Made by a program: the position numbers and the translations under genes. Below, in pieces: positions 51,130-61,520 of a DNA stretch of 64,000 nt. The first letter of the stretch is position 1, and each line of letters begins with the position of its first letter. Where the stretch lies: the NCBI GenBank assembly GCA_041572475.1, contig JBFFSI010000005.1:475-64474 (forward strand), given 5' to 3'. The stretch comes from Woeseiaceae bacterium. GTDB taxonomy: Bacteria; Pseudomonadota; Gammaproteobacteria; Steroidobacterales; Woeseiaceae. The notes under the pieces were generated by a model that did not search any database, had not been told where the DNA came from, and saw nothing but the letters and a program-made list of their open reading frames with translations.

Positions 51130-53339
51130 TGCGCCGTTTTTGCCTCGTCGTGCTCCTGAGTGCCGCGTCGCTGATCGTCGCGGCTTGCGGCGGCGGGGCG
51201 GAGACGACGAATAACCCGCCAACGAATCCGCCACCGCCGACGCCGTCGACGAGCGGTCTCAATGCGCGGCCTGGCAACGCAGCCTGCCTTGCGCCCTACC
51301 GGGGGCCGGTAGCGGGCGCGGTCGATGTCGTCGATGCGTTCCCCGCCCTGCCCAACGTCAGTCAGCCGACCAAGGTCCTCGTCGAGCCCGTGGCCGATCC
51401 GCGCTGGTTCGTGCTCGAGAAGACCGGGCGGGTCCGGGTATTCGACCCGGACAATGCGAATTCGCTCTCGACGTTCCTGGACCTGTCCGGAGTGGTGCGA
51501 ACGGCGTCCGAGGCCGGCCTGCTGGGCATGGCCTTCCATCCGGATTACCCGGCGGTGCCGGAGGTGTTCCTGTCCTACGTCATTGCCGGGCCGGTCGTCG
51601 AAGCGCGGTCGGTGATTTCGCGTTTCATCCTCGACGACGTCGCGTCGCCGGGGGGCGGAACGGCCGAGCAGGTCATCATCGAGATCGACCAGTTTCGCAG
51701 CAATCACAATGGCGGCGACATCGGCTTCGGTCCCGACCGCCTCCTGTACATCGGCCTCGGCGACGGGGGAGGCGCCAACGACCCCGCGGAGACCGGCCAG
51801 GATACGACGCGGCTGCTCGGCGCCTTCCTGCGCATCGATGTCATCGGCACCGGCGCGGACTACGACATCCCGCCGGGCAACCCGTTCTCCGGCAACGCGA
51901 AATGCGGTCCCGGGCTCAACGCGGCCAGCTGCCCGGAGATCTTCGCCTGGGGCTTCCGAAACCCGTGGCGCTGGAGTTTCGATGTGCCCACCGGCGTGCT
52001 CTGGGCCGCGGACGTCGGCCAGGGTTCGTGGGAGGAGGTCGACCAGGTCGAGGTCGGCAACAACTACGGCTGGGACTGCCGTGAGGGCGCGCACAATTTC
52101 GAGCTGGCCGGCTGCATCGGGCCATTCGTGGACCCGGTCAGCGAGTACCCGCACACCAACGGCAACCGCTCGATCACGGGCGGATTCGTTTACCAGGGTG
52201 TGGCGATCCCGTCGCTGACAGGCCGCTACGTGTTCGCAGATTTCGAGTCCGGCCGCTTCTGGGCCCTGCGGTCGGACGGTGCGGGTGGCTTCACCAACGT
52301 GGAACTCCTGAACACGTCGACGGGGCCCTCCGCCTTCGGCCTGGACCAGGACGGCGAACTCTATTTCACCGACTTCTTCGGCGGTCGCATCATGCAGCTG
52401 GTGCCCTCTGGCGGGGGCGGCGCGGACCCGGTGCCCGACCTGCTGTCGCAATCCGGCTGCGTCGATCCTGCGGATGTCACCCGGCCCTATGCCGGGCTCG
52501 TGCCTTACGACCTCAATGCGCCGTTCTGGTCGGACGGGGCCGTCAAGGATCGCCACATGGGCCTTCCGAACGGCACCACGATACTGGTTGGCACCGAGGG
52601 TGACTGGACGTTCCCGCCCGGCACCGTCATCGTCAAGAATTTCCGGCTGAACGGACAGCTCATCGAGACCCGGCACCTGATGCGGCACCCGGACGGCGCC
52701 TGGGCGGGCTACACCTACGAGTGGAATGCCGCCCAGACCGAGGCGACCCGTGTGCGCGGCGGCAAAACGGTGAATATCGGCGGCCAGGACTGGATTTACC
52801 CGGACGAGGCCGAGTGCCTGCAATGCCATACCGCCGTGGCCGGCGTCGCGCTGGGACCGGAAACGGCGCAGCTCAACAAGGACTTCACTTACCCGCAGAC
52901 CGGCCGTGCCGCGAACCAGTTGCACACGCTCGATGCCGTCGGGATGTTCGCCGCAGCCATCGGCGACCCGGCGACCCTGCCGGCGATGCCGGACCCAATG
53001 GATGCGGCGGCTGACCTGGGCGACCGGGCGCGCGCCTACCTGCACACGAACTGTGCGCAGTGCCATCAGCCGGGTGGACCGACACCGGTCAACATCGATC
53101 TGCGCTACACGACCGCGCTCGCCGACACCAATGCCTGCGACGCGGTGCCGCAGGCCGGCGACCTGGGCATCGTGATGCCGAGGATCATCGCGCCCGGTGA
53201 CGCAGCGCGTTCCGTCCTCGTCGCCCGCACCAATCGGCGCGACGTGGCGGGTATGCCGCCCCTGGGTTCGACCGTCGTGGACGCGGCCGGGGTGGCCCTG
53301 TTGACCGACTGGGTCACCGGCCTGGCCGACTGCAACTAG
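51129..53339 (+). CDS. Lipoprotein: PQQ-dependent (SGDH-type) dehydrogenase-like beta-propeller fused to a C-terminal domain with two CxxCH heme motifs
   Basis: Lipobox LIVAAC. Blocks GLLGMAFHPDY, HNGGDIGFGPDRLLYIGLGDGG and GFRNPWRWSFD, plus CLQCH and CAQCH. The ATG shares one nt with the preceding stop (TGATG, 51127-51131). Confidence 0.7.
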   Translation: MRRFCLVVLLSAASLIVAACGGGAETTNNPPTNPPPPTPSTSGLNARPGNAACLAPYRGPVAGAVDVVDAFPALPNVSQPTKVLVEPVADPRWFVLEKTGRVRVFDPDNANSLSTFLDLSGVVRTASEAGLLGMAFHPDYPAVPEVFLSYVIAGPVVEARSVISRFILDDVASPGGGTAEQVIIEIDQFRSNHNGGDIGFGPDRLLYIGLGDGGGANDPAETGQDTTRLLGAFLRIDVIGTGADYDIPPGNPFSGNAKCGPGLNAASCPEIFAWGFRNPWRWSFDVPTGVLWAADVGQGSWEEVDQVEVGNNYGWDCREGAHNFELAGCIGPFVDPVSEYPHTNGNRSITGGFVYQGVAIPSLTGRYVFADFESGRFWALRSDGAGGFTNVELLNTSTGPSAFGLDQDGELYFTDFFGGRIMQLVPSGGGGADPVPDLLSQSGCVDPADVTRPYAGLVPYDLNAPFWSDGAVKDRHMGLPNGTTILVGTEGDWTFPPGTVIVKNFRLNGQLIETRHLMRHPDGAWAGYTYEWNAAQTEATRVRGGKTVNIGGQDWIYPDEAECLQCHTAVAGVALGPETAQLNKDFTYPQTGRAANQLHTLDAVGMFAAAIGDPATLPAMPDPMDAAADLGDRARAYLHTNCAQCHQPGGPTPVNIDLRYTTALADTNACDAVPQAGDLGIVMPRIIAPGDAARSVLVARTNRRDVAGMPPLGSTVVDAAGVALLTDWVTGLADCN

Positions 53340-53451
53340 GCGCCGTTTTGCATAATCGTCGGCCCCGGCGAGCCGTCTTCGGCGATTTCTGTGACGTCAT
53401 TCAAGTGATTTGTGGTCTCTGGAGCCCATACTTATGGGAACCGGAGGACTT

Positions 53452-53934
53452 ATGACGCGCATTCTCACGACATTGCTGCTCTTGGCGGGCCTGAGCCTGG
53501 CGGCCCATGCCGATGTCTGGAAGTGGGTCGATTCAAGCGGCAAGACCCATTTCGTCGACACGATGAAGCCGATCTACACCTGGTCGGACGAGTTCGGCAA
53601 GGTGCACTACAGCGATACGCCGGATCACGAGGATGCGGTCTCCATCGAACTCGTCTGGCATTCATCCGGGTCGCTCGTCGATGTCGAGGATAGCGAGTCC
53701 GATTCTGATTCCGGCGGCTACGCTTATCCTGGCGAGACCGCGGAGGAGCGCGCCGAGCGCGAGAAAGCCGAAGCCTACTATTGCAAGCGGGCGACGGAGA
53801 TCTACGAGTCCTATGTCAATGCGCCGCAGCTGTATCGAACCAATGCGAGCGGGGAGCGCGAGTACCTCAGCAAAGAGGAAGCCGGCGCCACCATCGCCGA
53901 GACCAAGGCCAAGCGCGACGAACTCTGCCGCTAG
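53452..53934 (+). CDS. DUF4124-domain secreted protein
   Basis: GGAGGA SD precedes ATG 53452. Signal peptide, then DVWKWVDSSGKTHFVDT...VHYSDTP. Confidence 0.65.
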   Translation: MTRILTTLLLLAGLSLAAHADVWKWVDSSGKTHFVDTMKPIYTWSDEFGKVHYSDTPDHEDAVSIELVWHSSGSLVDVEDSESDSDSGGYAYPGETAEERAEREKAEAYYCKRATEIYESYVNAPQLYRTNASGEREYLSKEEAGATIAETKAKRDELCR

Positions 53935-55559
53935 AACGATCCCTTGGATTCGAGCAGGATCTGCACGTCATCGATCGACGCGTCGCCGTCGAGCGGGAAC
54001 GCGATGTCGAGGTGCACGATTTTGCGCGAGCCCGTCCGGGTCGGCGCAAACCGCAGGCCGATGCCGACATCCTTGAGCCAGCCGAGTTCCTGGCCGCCGA
54101 GCGGGTGATCGCCCCAGGTGCGGCCCACGTCGGCAAAAATGGCCCCGCCGACGCGGAACAGCCGCAGCGGGTACCAATCCCAGAAGTAGCGCTGCTCGAC
54201 GGAGAAGAGCAGGTTCGAATCGCCGGACTGGTAACGCAGCGGATAGCCTCGCAAGCCGGTATCGCCGCCGATTTCGACGGGCGACTCGAGGTCGAGGTCG
54301 TGTCCGACGGTCGTCGACAATGTCGCAAAAAACGAGTGTTTCTCGGAAAAGCGGTGCGAGTAGCGCGCGCGCGCCGAAACCAGTGCGTTCGCCGTGCTGC
54401 TGCCCTCGAGGCGGCCGCTCGCACTGCCCGACAGCGCCAGCGCAACGTCGTCGACAGAGCCGAATAAGCGGCTCACGCTGGCCGAGTAGACGAGAGCGTC
54501 CCGGTCGGCGCCGAAAGCCTCGTCTGACCAGCCGAGCGAAGCCGCAAACCGCAGGCCGGTCTGCAGGTCCTCGGTCCGCTTGATCTGGTCGCGATTGCTG
54601 GTTTCCTCGAAACTGTCCTGCAGTATCTCGATACCGATGAACGGGTAGATCAGCTTTCGATCGCCGGGAATTGCCGGCGGCAGGATTGCGTCGGCGACCT
54701 CCGCAAAGCGGCTTTCGTCGAACACCACGCCGGCGGTGTAGCGCCGCACCCAGCCGTTCCTGAGCCCACCGGACCAGCCCCCGAACGCGTTGAAATAGCG
54801 GCGCTCCTGCTGGTACTCGGCGGCCTTTTCACCGAGGTCGTAGAGGACGCCCCGCTGGTTGATTTCCGAGCCGATCACACCCGCCGCCCAGCGGGCATCC
54901 AGCGCATAAAAGGGCCGAACCAGCGACAGGAAGCTGGACTCGCCGTCGGAGTTGTCCGCGTACAACGCGTTGAGCCGCACCCAGCTGGTACCGAGCTGCT
55001 TGTCCTCGAACTCTACGGACTTGGAGACGCGGTCGACGTCGTCCGTCCGGGCAAAGCGGATCAGCTGCCCACGGCCCAGCAGGTTGAGTTCCTCGATGTC
55101 GATGACCGTCTTGTTTTCGCCGCCCTTGCGACTGATCGAGAACCCCGGGTTCAGGGTCCAGACATCCTGCGTCGTGACGCGCAGGTCGACTTTGCCGTCC
55201 TCCCGGTTCACAGGCTCGATCGCGACATCGTAGAAATAGGTGTTCTTGCGCAGGATGCGCTCGGACTCGTCGGACAGCCGCTTCGAGTAGGTGTCCCCGG
55301 GCTCCAGCAGCAGTTGCCGGGTGATGATCTCGTCCTTGGTTACGATATGCCACTTGTTGGCGAGCCGGAACAGCCAGTTGTTCTCCTTCGGGTTGCTGAG
55401 ATCGAAGACATCCCGCTTGTCGAGGATAATCTCCCCGATGACGACCCTGTCTGCCTCGAGCTGGGCGACATCGAGCCCCTCGGCGGGCTCCTCCGCCGAA
55501 ACGTGTCCGGCGGCGACCAACAGAGCGGCGATGAATCTGAGGAAACGAGGTTTCGGCAC
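53931..55559 (-). CDS. Omp85/BamA-superfamily outer-membrane protein (POTRA plus surface-antigen barrel)
   Basis: Signal peptide, POTRA-like N-terminus and beta-barrel-like C-terminus ending ...LLESKGSF. Its stop and the convergent DUF4124 stop share the palindrome CTAG (53931-53934). Confidence 0.72.
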   Translation of the reverse strand: MPKPRFLRFIAALLVAAGHVSAEEPAEGLDVAQLEADRVVIGEIILDKRDVFDLSNPKENNWLFRLANKWHIVTKDEIITRQLLLEPGDTYSKRLSDESERILRKNTYFYDVAIEPVNREDGKVDLRVTTQDVWTLNPGFSISRKGGENKTVIDIEELNLLGRGQLIRFARTDDVDRVSKSVEFEDKQLGTSWVRLNALYADNSDGESSFLSLVRPFYALDARWAAGVIGSEINQRGVLYDLGEKAAEYQQERRYFNAFGGWSGGLRNGWVRRYTAGVVFDESRFAEVADAILPPAIPGDRKLIYPFIGIEILQDSFEETSNRDQIKRTEDLQTGLRFAASLGWSDEAFGADRDALVYSASVSRLFGSVDDVALALSGSASGRLEGSSTANALVSARARYSHRFSEKHSFFATLSTTVGHDLDLESPVEIGGDTGLRGYPLRYQSGDSNLLFSVEQRYFWDWYPLRLFRVGGAIFADVGRTWGDHPLGGQELGWLKDVGIGLRFAPTRTGSRKIVHLDIAFPLDGDASIDDVQILLESKGSF

Positions 55560-55629
55560 GATAAGGCGCTACTTAGCCCAAGCTAAATCAGTATAATCCG
55601 GTGCTGGCGAGAATACTGAGCAGTACGTC

Positions 55630-55839
55630 ATGGCGACCACCCTGATGAACGAAGGACTGATGCTTATGCTCGTCGGCATGGGCACCGTATTCGTGTTCCT
55701 GACGGTGCTCGTTGCAGCCATGTCCATGATGTCTCGGCTCACGATGCGATTTCAAGCGGATGCGCCGCCCACGGGACACGCGGAGGACGAGGTCGCGGCT
55801 ATCGCCGCAGCGATCGCAGCGCATCGCCGCAAGCAATAA
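55630..55839 (+). CDS. oadG: Oxaloacetate decarboxylase gamma subunit
   Basis: 69 aa with a single TM helix ([18 protein letters not shown]). Sits immediately upstream of oadA and oadB. Confidence 0.75.
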   Translation: MATTLMNEGLMLMLVGMGTVFVFLTVLVAAMSMMSRLTMRFQADAPPTGHAEDEVAAIAAAIAAHRRKQ

Positions 55840-55856
55840 ACACAGGGAATTCTCTC

Positions 55857-57638
55857 TTGAGCAACAAGCAACCACTCGGGATTACGGAGCTCGTACTTCG
55901 CGACGGGCATCAAAGCCTGCTCGCAACCCGTATGCGCATCGAAGACATGCTGCCGATCTGCGACAAGCTGGACCAGGTCGGATTCTGGTCCATCGAATCG
56001 TGGGGCGGGGCGACATTCGACGCTTGCATCCGCTACCTCGGCGAAGATCCGTGGGAGCGCATCCGCAAGCTGAAGGCGGCGATGCCGAATACGCCGCAGC
56101 AGATGCTGTTCCGCGGGCAGAACATTCTCGGCTACCGGCATTACGCCGACGACCTGGTCGAGAAGTTCGTCGAGCGTGCCGCGGAGAACGGCGTCGACGT
56201 GTTCCGGATCTTCGATGCGCTCAACGACACGCGCAACCTGGAGGTCGCGATCAAGGCGACCGTGGCCCTGGGCAAGCACGCGCAGGGCACGATTTCCTAC
56301 ACCGTGAGCCCGGTGCATACGATCGACCTCTGGGTCGATCTCGCGAAGCGTATCCAGGATATGGGCGCCCATTCGATCGCGATCAAGGACATGGCAGGCC
56401 TGCTGCGGCCGTACGTCGCGTTCGAGCTGGTCAGTCGCCTCAAGGAAACACTGGAGATACCGGTCCACATGCAGTGCCATGCGACGACCGGCCTGTCGAC
56501 GGCGACGAACGTCAAGGCGGCCGAGGCCGGGATCGACAACATCGACACGTCGATCTCGTCGATGAGCATGACCTACGGGCACTCGCCGACCGAGTCGCTG
56601 GTGGCGATACTCGAAGGCACGGACCGGGATACCGGCCTCGACCTGTATCTGCTCGAGGAGATCGCGGCGTATTTTCGCGAAGTCCGCAAGAAATATGCAA
56701 AGTTCGAGGGCGGGCTCAAGGGCGTCGATTCGCGCATTCTTGTCGCCCAGGTACCGGGTGGCATGCTGACGAACTTGGAGAACCAGCTCCGCGAGCAGAA
56801 CGCGACCGACAAGCTGGACGACGTGCTCGACGAGATTCCGCGCGTTCGCGAGGACCTGGGCATGCTCCCGTTGGTCACGCCGACGTCGCAGATCGTCGGC
56901 ACCCAGGCGGTCATCAACGTGCTCTCGGGCCAGCGCTACGCGACGATCTCCAAGGAAACAGCCGGCGTGCTGAAGGGCGAGTACGGCGCCACGCCGACGC
57001 CCGTCAACGCCGAGATCCAGGCGAAGGTGCTCGAGGGAGGCGAACCGATCACTTGCCGGCCCGCGGACCTGCTTGATCCCGAGGTCGAGCGCCAGACCGA
57101 GGAGCTGGCCCAGATCGCCACAGAGAAGAACATCCGTCTCGCGGCCAGCGTCATCGACGACGTGTTGACCTATGCCCTGTTCCCGCAGATCGGGCTGAAA
57201 TTCCTGCAAAACCGGGATCACCCCGAGGCCTTCGAGCCGCCGCCGGAGGCGCCGACTGCTGTGGCGCCCGCCGCGGCGGGGACGAGCCGCGGCGCGCAGG
57301 GACCCGCGGTCTACTCGGTCCGGGTGAACGGCAAGAGCTACACGGTCGAAGTCGCCGAGAGCGGCCAGCTCACGGACGTGCAGCAGGCCGCGGCGCCGGC
57401 GCCCGCTGCGGCTAAAGGCGGCAATGGCGAGGCCGTCAAGGCCGTGCTCGCCGGCAACATCTTCAAGCTGAACGTGGCGGTCGGCGATGCCGTCGCCGTC
57501 GGGCAGACGCTGCTCGTCGTCGAGGCCATGAAAATGGAGACCGCCGTCGTCGCCCCGAAAGCCGGCACGATCACGGATGTCTTCGTCGCCGAGGGCGACA
57601 CCGTGGCCGTCGGCGATTCCCTCGTCGCGATAGGCTGA
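55857..57638 (+). CDS. oadA: Oxaloacetate decarboxylase alpha subunit (carboxyltransferase plus biotinyl domain)
   Basis: [17 protein letters not shown] and the C-terminal biotinylation motif [14 protein letters not shown] start at 55857 with AGGGA 8 nt upstream. Confidence 0.9.
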   Translation: MSNKQPLGITELVLRDGHQSLLATRMRIEDMLPICDKLDQVGFWSIESWGGATFDACIRYLGEDPWERIRKLKAAMPNTPQQMLFRGQNILGYRHYADDLVEKFVERAAENGVDVFRIFDALNDTRNLEVAIKATVALGKHAQGTISYTVSPVHTIDLWVDLAKRIQDMGAHSIAIKDMAGLLRPYVAFELVSRLKETLEIPVHMQCHATTGLSTATNVKAAEAGIDNIDTSISSMSMTYGHSPTESLVAILEGTDRDTGLDLYLLEEIAAYFREVRKKYAKFEGGLKGVDSRILVAQVPGGMLTNLENQLREQNATDKLDDVLDEIPRVREDLGMLPLVTPTSQIVGTQAVINVLSGQRYATISKETAGVLKGEYGATPTPVNAEIQAKVLEGGEPITCRPADLLDPEVERQTEELAQIATEKNIRLAASVIDDVLTYALFPQIGLKFLQNRDHPEAFEPPPEAPTAVAPAAAGTSRGAQGPAVYSVRVNGKSYTVEVAESGQLTDVQQAAAPAPAAAKGGNGEAVKAVLAGNIFKLNVAVGDAVAVGQTLLVVEAMKMETAVVAPKAGTITDVFVAEGDTVAVGDSLVAIG

Positions 57639-57641
57639 CGC

Positions 57642-58772
57642 ATGGAGTTCATCGAGCAGATCTGGCACGGCTCCGGTCTCTACCAGATCACGGGCGGCCA
57701 GGTTGTCATGCTGCTTATCTGCCTGGCGCTGTTGTATCTCGGCATCGTCCGCAAGTTCGAACCGCTGTTGCTGGTCACGATCGGCTTCGGCGGTCTCCTG
57801 TCGAACATCCCCGGCGTGGAGATCGCGACGGGAGACGGCCTGCTGCACCTGACCTATCTCGTGGGCATCGAGACCGGTGCCTTTCCCCTGATCATCTTCA
57901 TGGGCGTGGGCGCACTGACGGACTTCGGCCCGCTGCTCGCCAACCCGCGCACCCTGTTCCTCGGCGCCGCGGCGCAGTTCGGCATCTTCGCGACGCTGCT
58001 CGGCGCCCTCGGGCTGACGGCCATCGGCTGGATGGACTTCTCGGTGAAGGAGGCGGCGGCGATAGGCATCATCGGCGGCGCGGACGGGCCGACGGCGATC
58101 TACGTTGCTGGCAAGCTCGCGCCTGACCTGCTCGGCGCCATCGCGGTCGCGGCCTATTCCTACATGGCGCTGGTGCCGCTCATTCAGCCGCCGATCATGA
58201 AAGCGCTGACCACCGAGGCCGAGCGCAAGATCGAGATGGTCCAGCTGCGCGAGGTGTCCAAAGCCGAGCGCATCCTGTTCCCGCTGTTGCTGTTGCTGCT
58301 CGTGGCGCTGCTCTTGCCCTCGGCGGCGCCGCTGCTCGGCATGCTGGCGTTCGGCAACCTGATGCGTGAGTGCGGCGTCGTTGACCGGCTGTCGCACACG
58401 ACGCAGAACGCGCTGATCAACATCGTGACGATTTTCCTCGGCCTGTCGGTCGGCTCGAAGCTGAGCGCCGATCAATTCCTGCAGTCGAGTACCCTGGGGA
58501 TACTGCTGCTCGGTATCGTCGCTTTCGCCATCGGCACCGCGAGCGGCGTACTGATGGGCAAGCTGCTGAACAAGGTGTCAAACATACCGATCAACCCGCT
58601 GATTGGCGCTGCCGGCGTATCGGCCGTGCCGATGGCGGCACGCGTTGCCAACAAGGTGGGGCTCGACGCCAACCCGCACAACATCCTGTTGATGCATGCC
58701 ATGGGCCCGAACGTGGCCGGCGTCATCGGTTCGGCCGTCGCCGCCGGCATCATGATCATGTTCACGTCCTGA
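57642..58772 (+). CDS. oadB: Oxaloacetate decarboxylase beta subunit (Na+-translocating)
   Basis: 376 aa polytopic protein. Starts 3 nt after oadA. Family-typical GADGPTAIY and MGPNVAG segments. Confidence 0.88.
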   Translation: MEFIEQIWHGSGLYQITGGQVVMLLICLALLYLGIVRKFEPLLLVTIGFGGLLSNIPGVEIATGDGLLHLTYLVGIETGAFPLIIFMGVGALTDFGPLLANPRTLFLGAAAQFGIFATLLGALGLTAIGWMDFSVKEAAAIGIIGGADGPTAIYVAGKLAPDLLGAIAVAAYSYMALVPLIQPPIMKALTTEAERKIEMVQLREVSKAERILFPLLLLLLVALLLPSAAPLLGMLAFGNLMRECGVVDRLSHTTQNALINIVTIFLGLSVGSKLSADQFLQSSTLGILLLGIVAFAIGTASGVLMGKLLNKVSNIPINPLIGAAGVSAVPMAARVANKVGLDANPHNILLMHAMGPNVAGVIGSAVAAGIMIMFTS

Positions 58773-58816
58773 CTTCCCGGCCTGCCTTTGCGCGGGCCTT
58801 GAGGGGGCGATGCGCT

Positions 58817-60226
58817 TCAGCCGCGCTGGAAGTGATCCTCGAGCACCTGCGCGACGCAGCTCGTCAGCCGTTTGCCCGTTACGATGTGCAGGAACTCGTT
58901 GGGGCCGTGCGCGTTCGACTTAGGCCCTAACAATCCCGTGATCAGGAACTGCGCCTCCGGGAATTTCTCGCCGAGCATGCCCATGAACGGAATCGTGCCG
59001 CCCGTGCCCATGTACATCGACGGCTTGCCGAAGAAGGCCTCGGAGGCCCTCTGCATCGATTGCTCGAGCCAGTCGGCGATCGGCGGCGCGTCCCAGCCGG
59101 CCATCGTCGACTCGACCTTGAAACTCACTTTGGCAAGCGGCGGCGTGTCGGTCGTGAGTGCCGCTTTTACGGCCTCGGCCGCGGCGACGGCATCGAGTGA
59201 GGGCGGCAGGCGGAACGAGAGCTTCAGGGTATTGAACGGCAGCTGCACGTTGCCGGCGTTGACGAGCGTCGGCAGGCCGTCGGCGCCGGTGATGCTCAGC
59301 GTCGGCCGCCAGGTGTTGTTGAGTAGCAGCTCGTGGGGAGACTCGCTCGGCTGCGGGTCGGCGACGGCCCAGGGGTACTTCTGGTAGGTGAGGTCGCCAA
59401 GGGTTTCGGCGGCTTTCTTGGCCTGCTCGATGCGCTCCTCCGGAATCTCGACGTGCAGCGACTCGAGAACGATCTGGCCGCTGTTCTCGTCCTCGAGCCG
59501 GCTCAGGAGTTTCCTCAACACCCGGAAGCTGGACGGCACGACGCCGCTGGCGGTTCCCGAGTGCACGCCCTCGGTCAGCACGTCGACGCGCAGGGTCCCG
59601 GTCAGGTTGCCGCGCAGCGAGGTCGTGCACCAGAGCTGCTCGTAGTTGCCGCACTCCGCGTCGAGACAGACGACGAGGTCGGGCGAGCCGATGCGATCTT
59701 CGAGGAGCTCGATGTAGTCGGGCAGGTCGAAGCTGCCGCTTTCCTCGCAGCCCTCGACCAGCACGACGCAGCGCGCGTGCGGGATGCCTTGCTCCTGTAG
59801 CGCCCGGATCGCCGACAGCGAGCCGAACAGCGCATAGCCGTCGTCCGCGCCGCCGCGGCCGTAGAGCTTGCCGTCCTTGATGACGGGCTTCCACGGGTCG
59901 AGGTCCTCGTCCCAGCCGCTGAACTCGGGCTGCTTGTCGTAGTGCCCGTAAAGCAGGACCACGTCGTCGGAGTCACCGGGGATCTCGCACAGCAGCACCG
60001 GCGTGCGGCCTTCGATGCGCACGATCTCGACCTGCAGGTCCTTGATCGGTTGCTGCCTCGCCCAGGCTTCGAGCATCTGCACGGCTTTCTCCATGTGGCC
60101 GTTAGCTTCCCAGTCCGGGTCGAAATGCGGCGACTTGTTCGGGACCCTGATGTACTCGGAAATCTCCGGGATGATCGAGTCGTCCCAGGCCTTGTTAACG
60201 AATTCCGCCGTTTGCTTGTTGTCCAT
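58817..60226 (-). CDS. M20-family metallopeptidase/dipeptidase
   Basis: LLYGHYDKQP, GRGGADDGYALF and VEGCEESGS metal-site blocks. Confidence 0.85.
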   Translation of the reverse strand: MDNKQTAEFVNKAWDDSIIPEISEYIRVPNKSPHFDPDWEANGHMEKAVQMLEAWARQQPIKDLQVEIVRIEGRTPVLLCEIPGDSDDVVLLYGHYDKQPEFSGWDEDLDPWKPVIKDGKLYGRGGADDGYALFGSLSAIRALQEQGIPHARCVVLVEGCEESGSFDLPDYIELLEDRIGSPDLVVCLDAECGNYEQLWCTTSLRGNLTGTLRVDVLTEGVHSGTASGVVPSSFRVLRKLLSRLEDENSGQIVLESLHVEIPEERIEQAKKAAETLGDLTYQKYPWAVADPQPSESPHELLLNNTWRPTLSITGADGLPTLVNAGNVQLPFNTLKLSFRLPPSLDAVAAAEAVKAALTTDTPPLAKVSFKVESTMAGWDAPPIADWLEQSMQRASEAFFGKPSMYMGTGGTIPFMGMLGEKFPEAQFLITGLLGPKSNAHGPNEFLHIVTGKRLTSCVAQVLEDHFQRG

Positions 60227-60279
60227 GTCTTACAGTCCGTAGTCCCGTGTAGGAGCGGCTTTAGCCGCGACCCGATTGA

Positions 60280-61140
60280 TCAATTCTCTTGCGTCAGTGA
60301 CCGGTACAAAGTGGTGGTCATCCTCTCGGTCGTGATGAACCGCCAGTTCCAGGTGTCGTGATAGTCGGCCAGGGGGTTCGCCGCGAGCACCTCATCCTGT
60401 GACAGACCCTGGTCGACAAGGTTTTTCACGCGGGCCCGGGCGTCCACGAGCATGTCGACGGCAGCCTGCAGGTCCGCGCGGCTGCCCGACGGGCCGTGGC
60501 CCGGCAGGATGACCGTGTCTTCGTCGGCCAAGTCGATGATCTTCTCCTGGGCGGCGATGAAACCGGCGACCGTGCCACCCTGGCCCAGATCGATGTACGG
60601 GAACACGCCGTTGAACCAGGTGTCGCCGGCGTAAATCACGTTGAGCCCGCGAAACTCGATGATCGCGTCACCGTCGGTGTGTGCGGCAGCGGAATGGAAT
60701 ACGTGAGCCTCGACGCCGTTGACGTGGAACGTCAGTGCGTCCGAGAACGTCACTACCGGTATGCCTCCCGGGCCACCGGCGTCTTCGGGCTTTTCGGCGA
60801 GCCGCTTGCGCAGGTTTTCGTGCGCGACGACGTACGAGCCGGAGCCGGCAAACGCAGCGTTGGCGCCGGTGTGGTCGCCATGGACGTGGGTATTGACCAC
60901 GAAATCGATCGACCTGCCGACGAGCTCGTTGACCTTGTCCACCACCGCGTCCGAGTACGGCGGCATGCCATTGTCGTAGAGGATGTTGTACTCGTCCCCG
61001 GTCTGCAGCGTGAAGTTTCCGCCTGCACCGAGGATGTGATAGATGCCGGGCGCCACCTCCGTCGCCTCGAGCTTGACCTCGTCGTCCTGGGCTTGCACAG
61101 CAGCGGATATCAGCAGCAGGAAAACAATGGTTTTCTTCAT
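60280..61140 (-). CDS. Secreted metallo-beta-lactamase-fold hydrolase
   Basis: Signal peptide MKKTIVFLLLISAAVQA and NTHVHGDHTG (HxHxDH). Confidence 0.85.
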   Translation of the reverse strand: MKKTIVFLLLISAAVQAQDDEVKLEATEVAPGIYHILGAGGNFTLQTGDEYNILYDNGMPPYSDAVVDKVNELVGRSIDFVVNTHVHGDHTGANAAFAGSGSYVVAHENLRKRLAEKPEDAGGPGGIPVVTFSDALTFHVNGVEAHVFHSAAAHTDGDAIIEFRGLNVIYAGDTWFNGVFPYIDLGQGGTVAGFIAAQEKIIDLADEDTVILPGHGPSGSRADLQAAVDMLVDARARVKNLVDQGLSQDEVLAANPLADYHDTWNWRFITTERMTTTLYRSLTQEN

Positions 61141-61520
61141 GCTTAATAGCCTCACAAAAATACCGCCCCGAATGGTTACACGCCGGGCGGCGAATCGCCA
61201 GTGGGCGGGAGCCTGTCAGCGCCAGCAGCCGCTACGACTGCGGTGATTACGAATTGACTGCATTTTCAGGTCTCTACAGGGTGGGGCACAGAGGGAGGTA
61301 GCTGCCGTCCGCCTCATCGTGTGCGTGGATGTGCCCCGCATTCACCCCGGTTCGCGCCTTCGACCACGCCTCCGGGGTGCCGACTGAGCCGGCTCGGTGT
61401 GCTTACCAATCGGGGGAAGGTCTTGGAGAAAGAGCCGCGATATTCGCATTCGACGTCGGACGATAACATCCACGACCGGCGCGGCCTGATCTGGTACGCG
61501 AACTGGACGCAGGCGTTCTG

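Noticed and set aside
25882-53339. Maximal N-terminal extensions offered by the ORF track for several genes: 25882 (LipS-type A), 29495 (GATase-like), 30435 (DsrE-like), 36447 (wedged ORF), 37297 (ArsR), 40274 (PLP enzyme), 50715 (PQQ-like lipoprotein). The same applies to 47596 (glcB), 15944 (POT), 47506, 49175 and 61155.
   Set aside because: The extensions overlap the preceding gene in another frame, are low-complexity, and are followed by an internal start. That start has a better SD, a signal peptide or a family-typical N-terminus.
60247-60272. REP-like hairpin GTAGGAGCGGCTTTAGCCGCGAC between the M20 peptidase and MBL hydrolase genes. It resembles repetitive extragenic palindromes of other gammaproteobacteria.
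   Set aside because: I noticed only a single copy in this window, so a repeat family cannot be claimed. It may simply be an intercistronic stem-loop.
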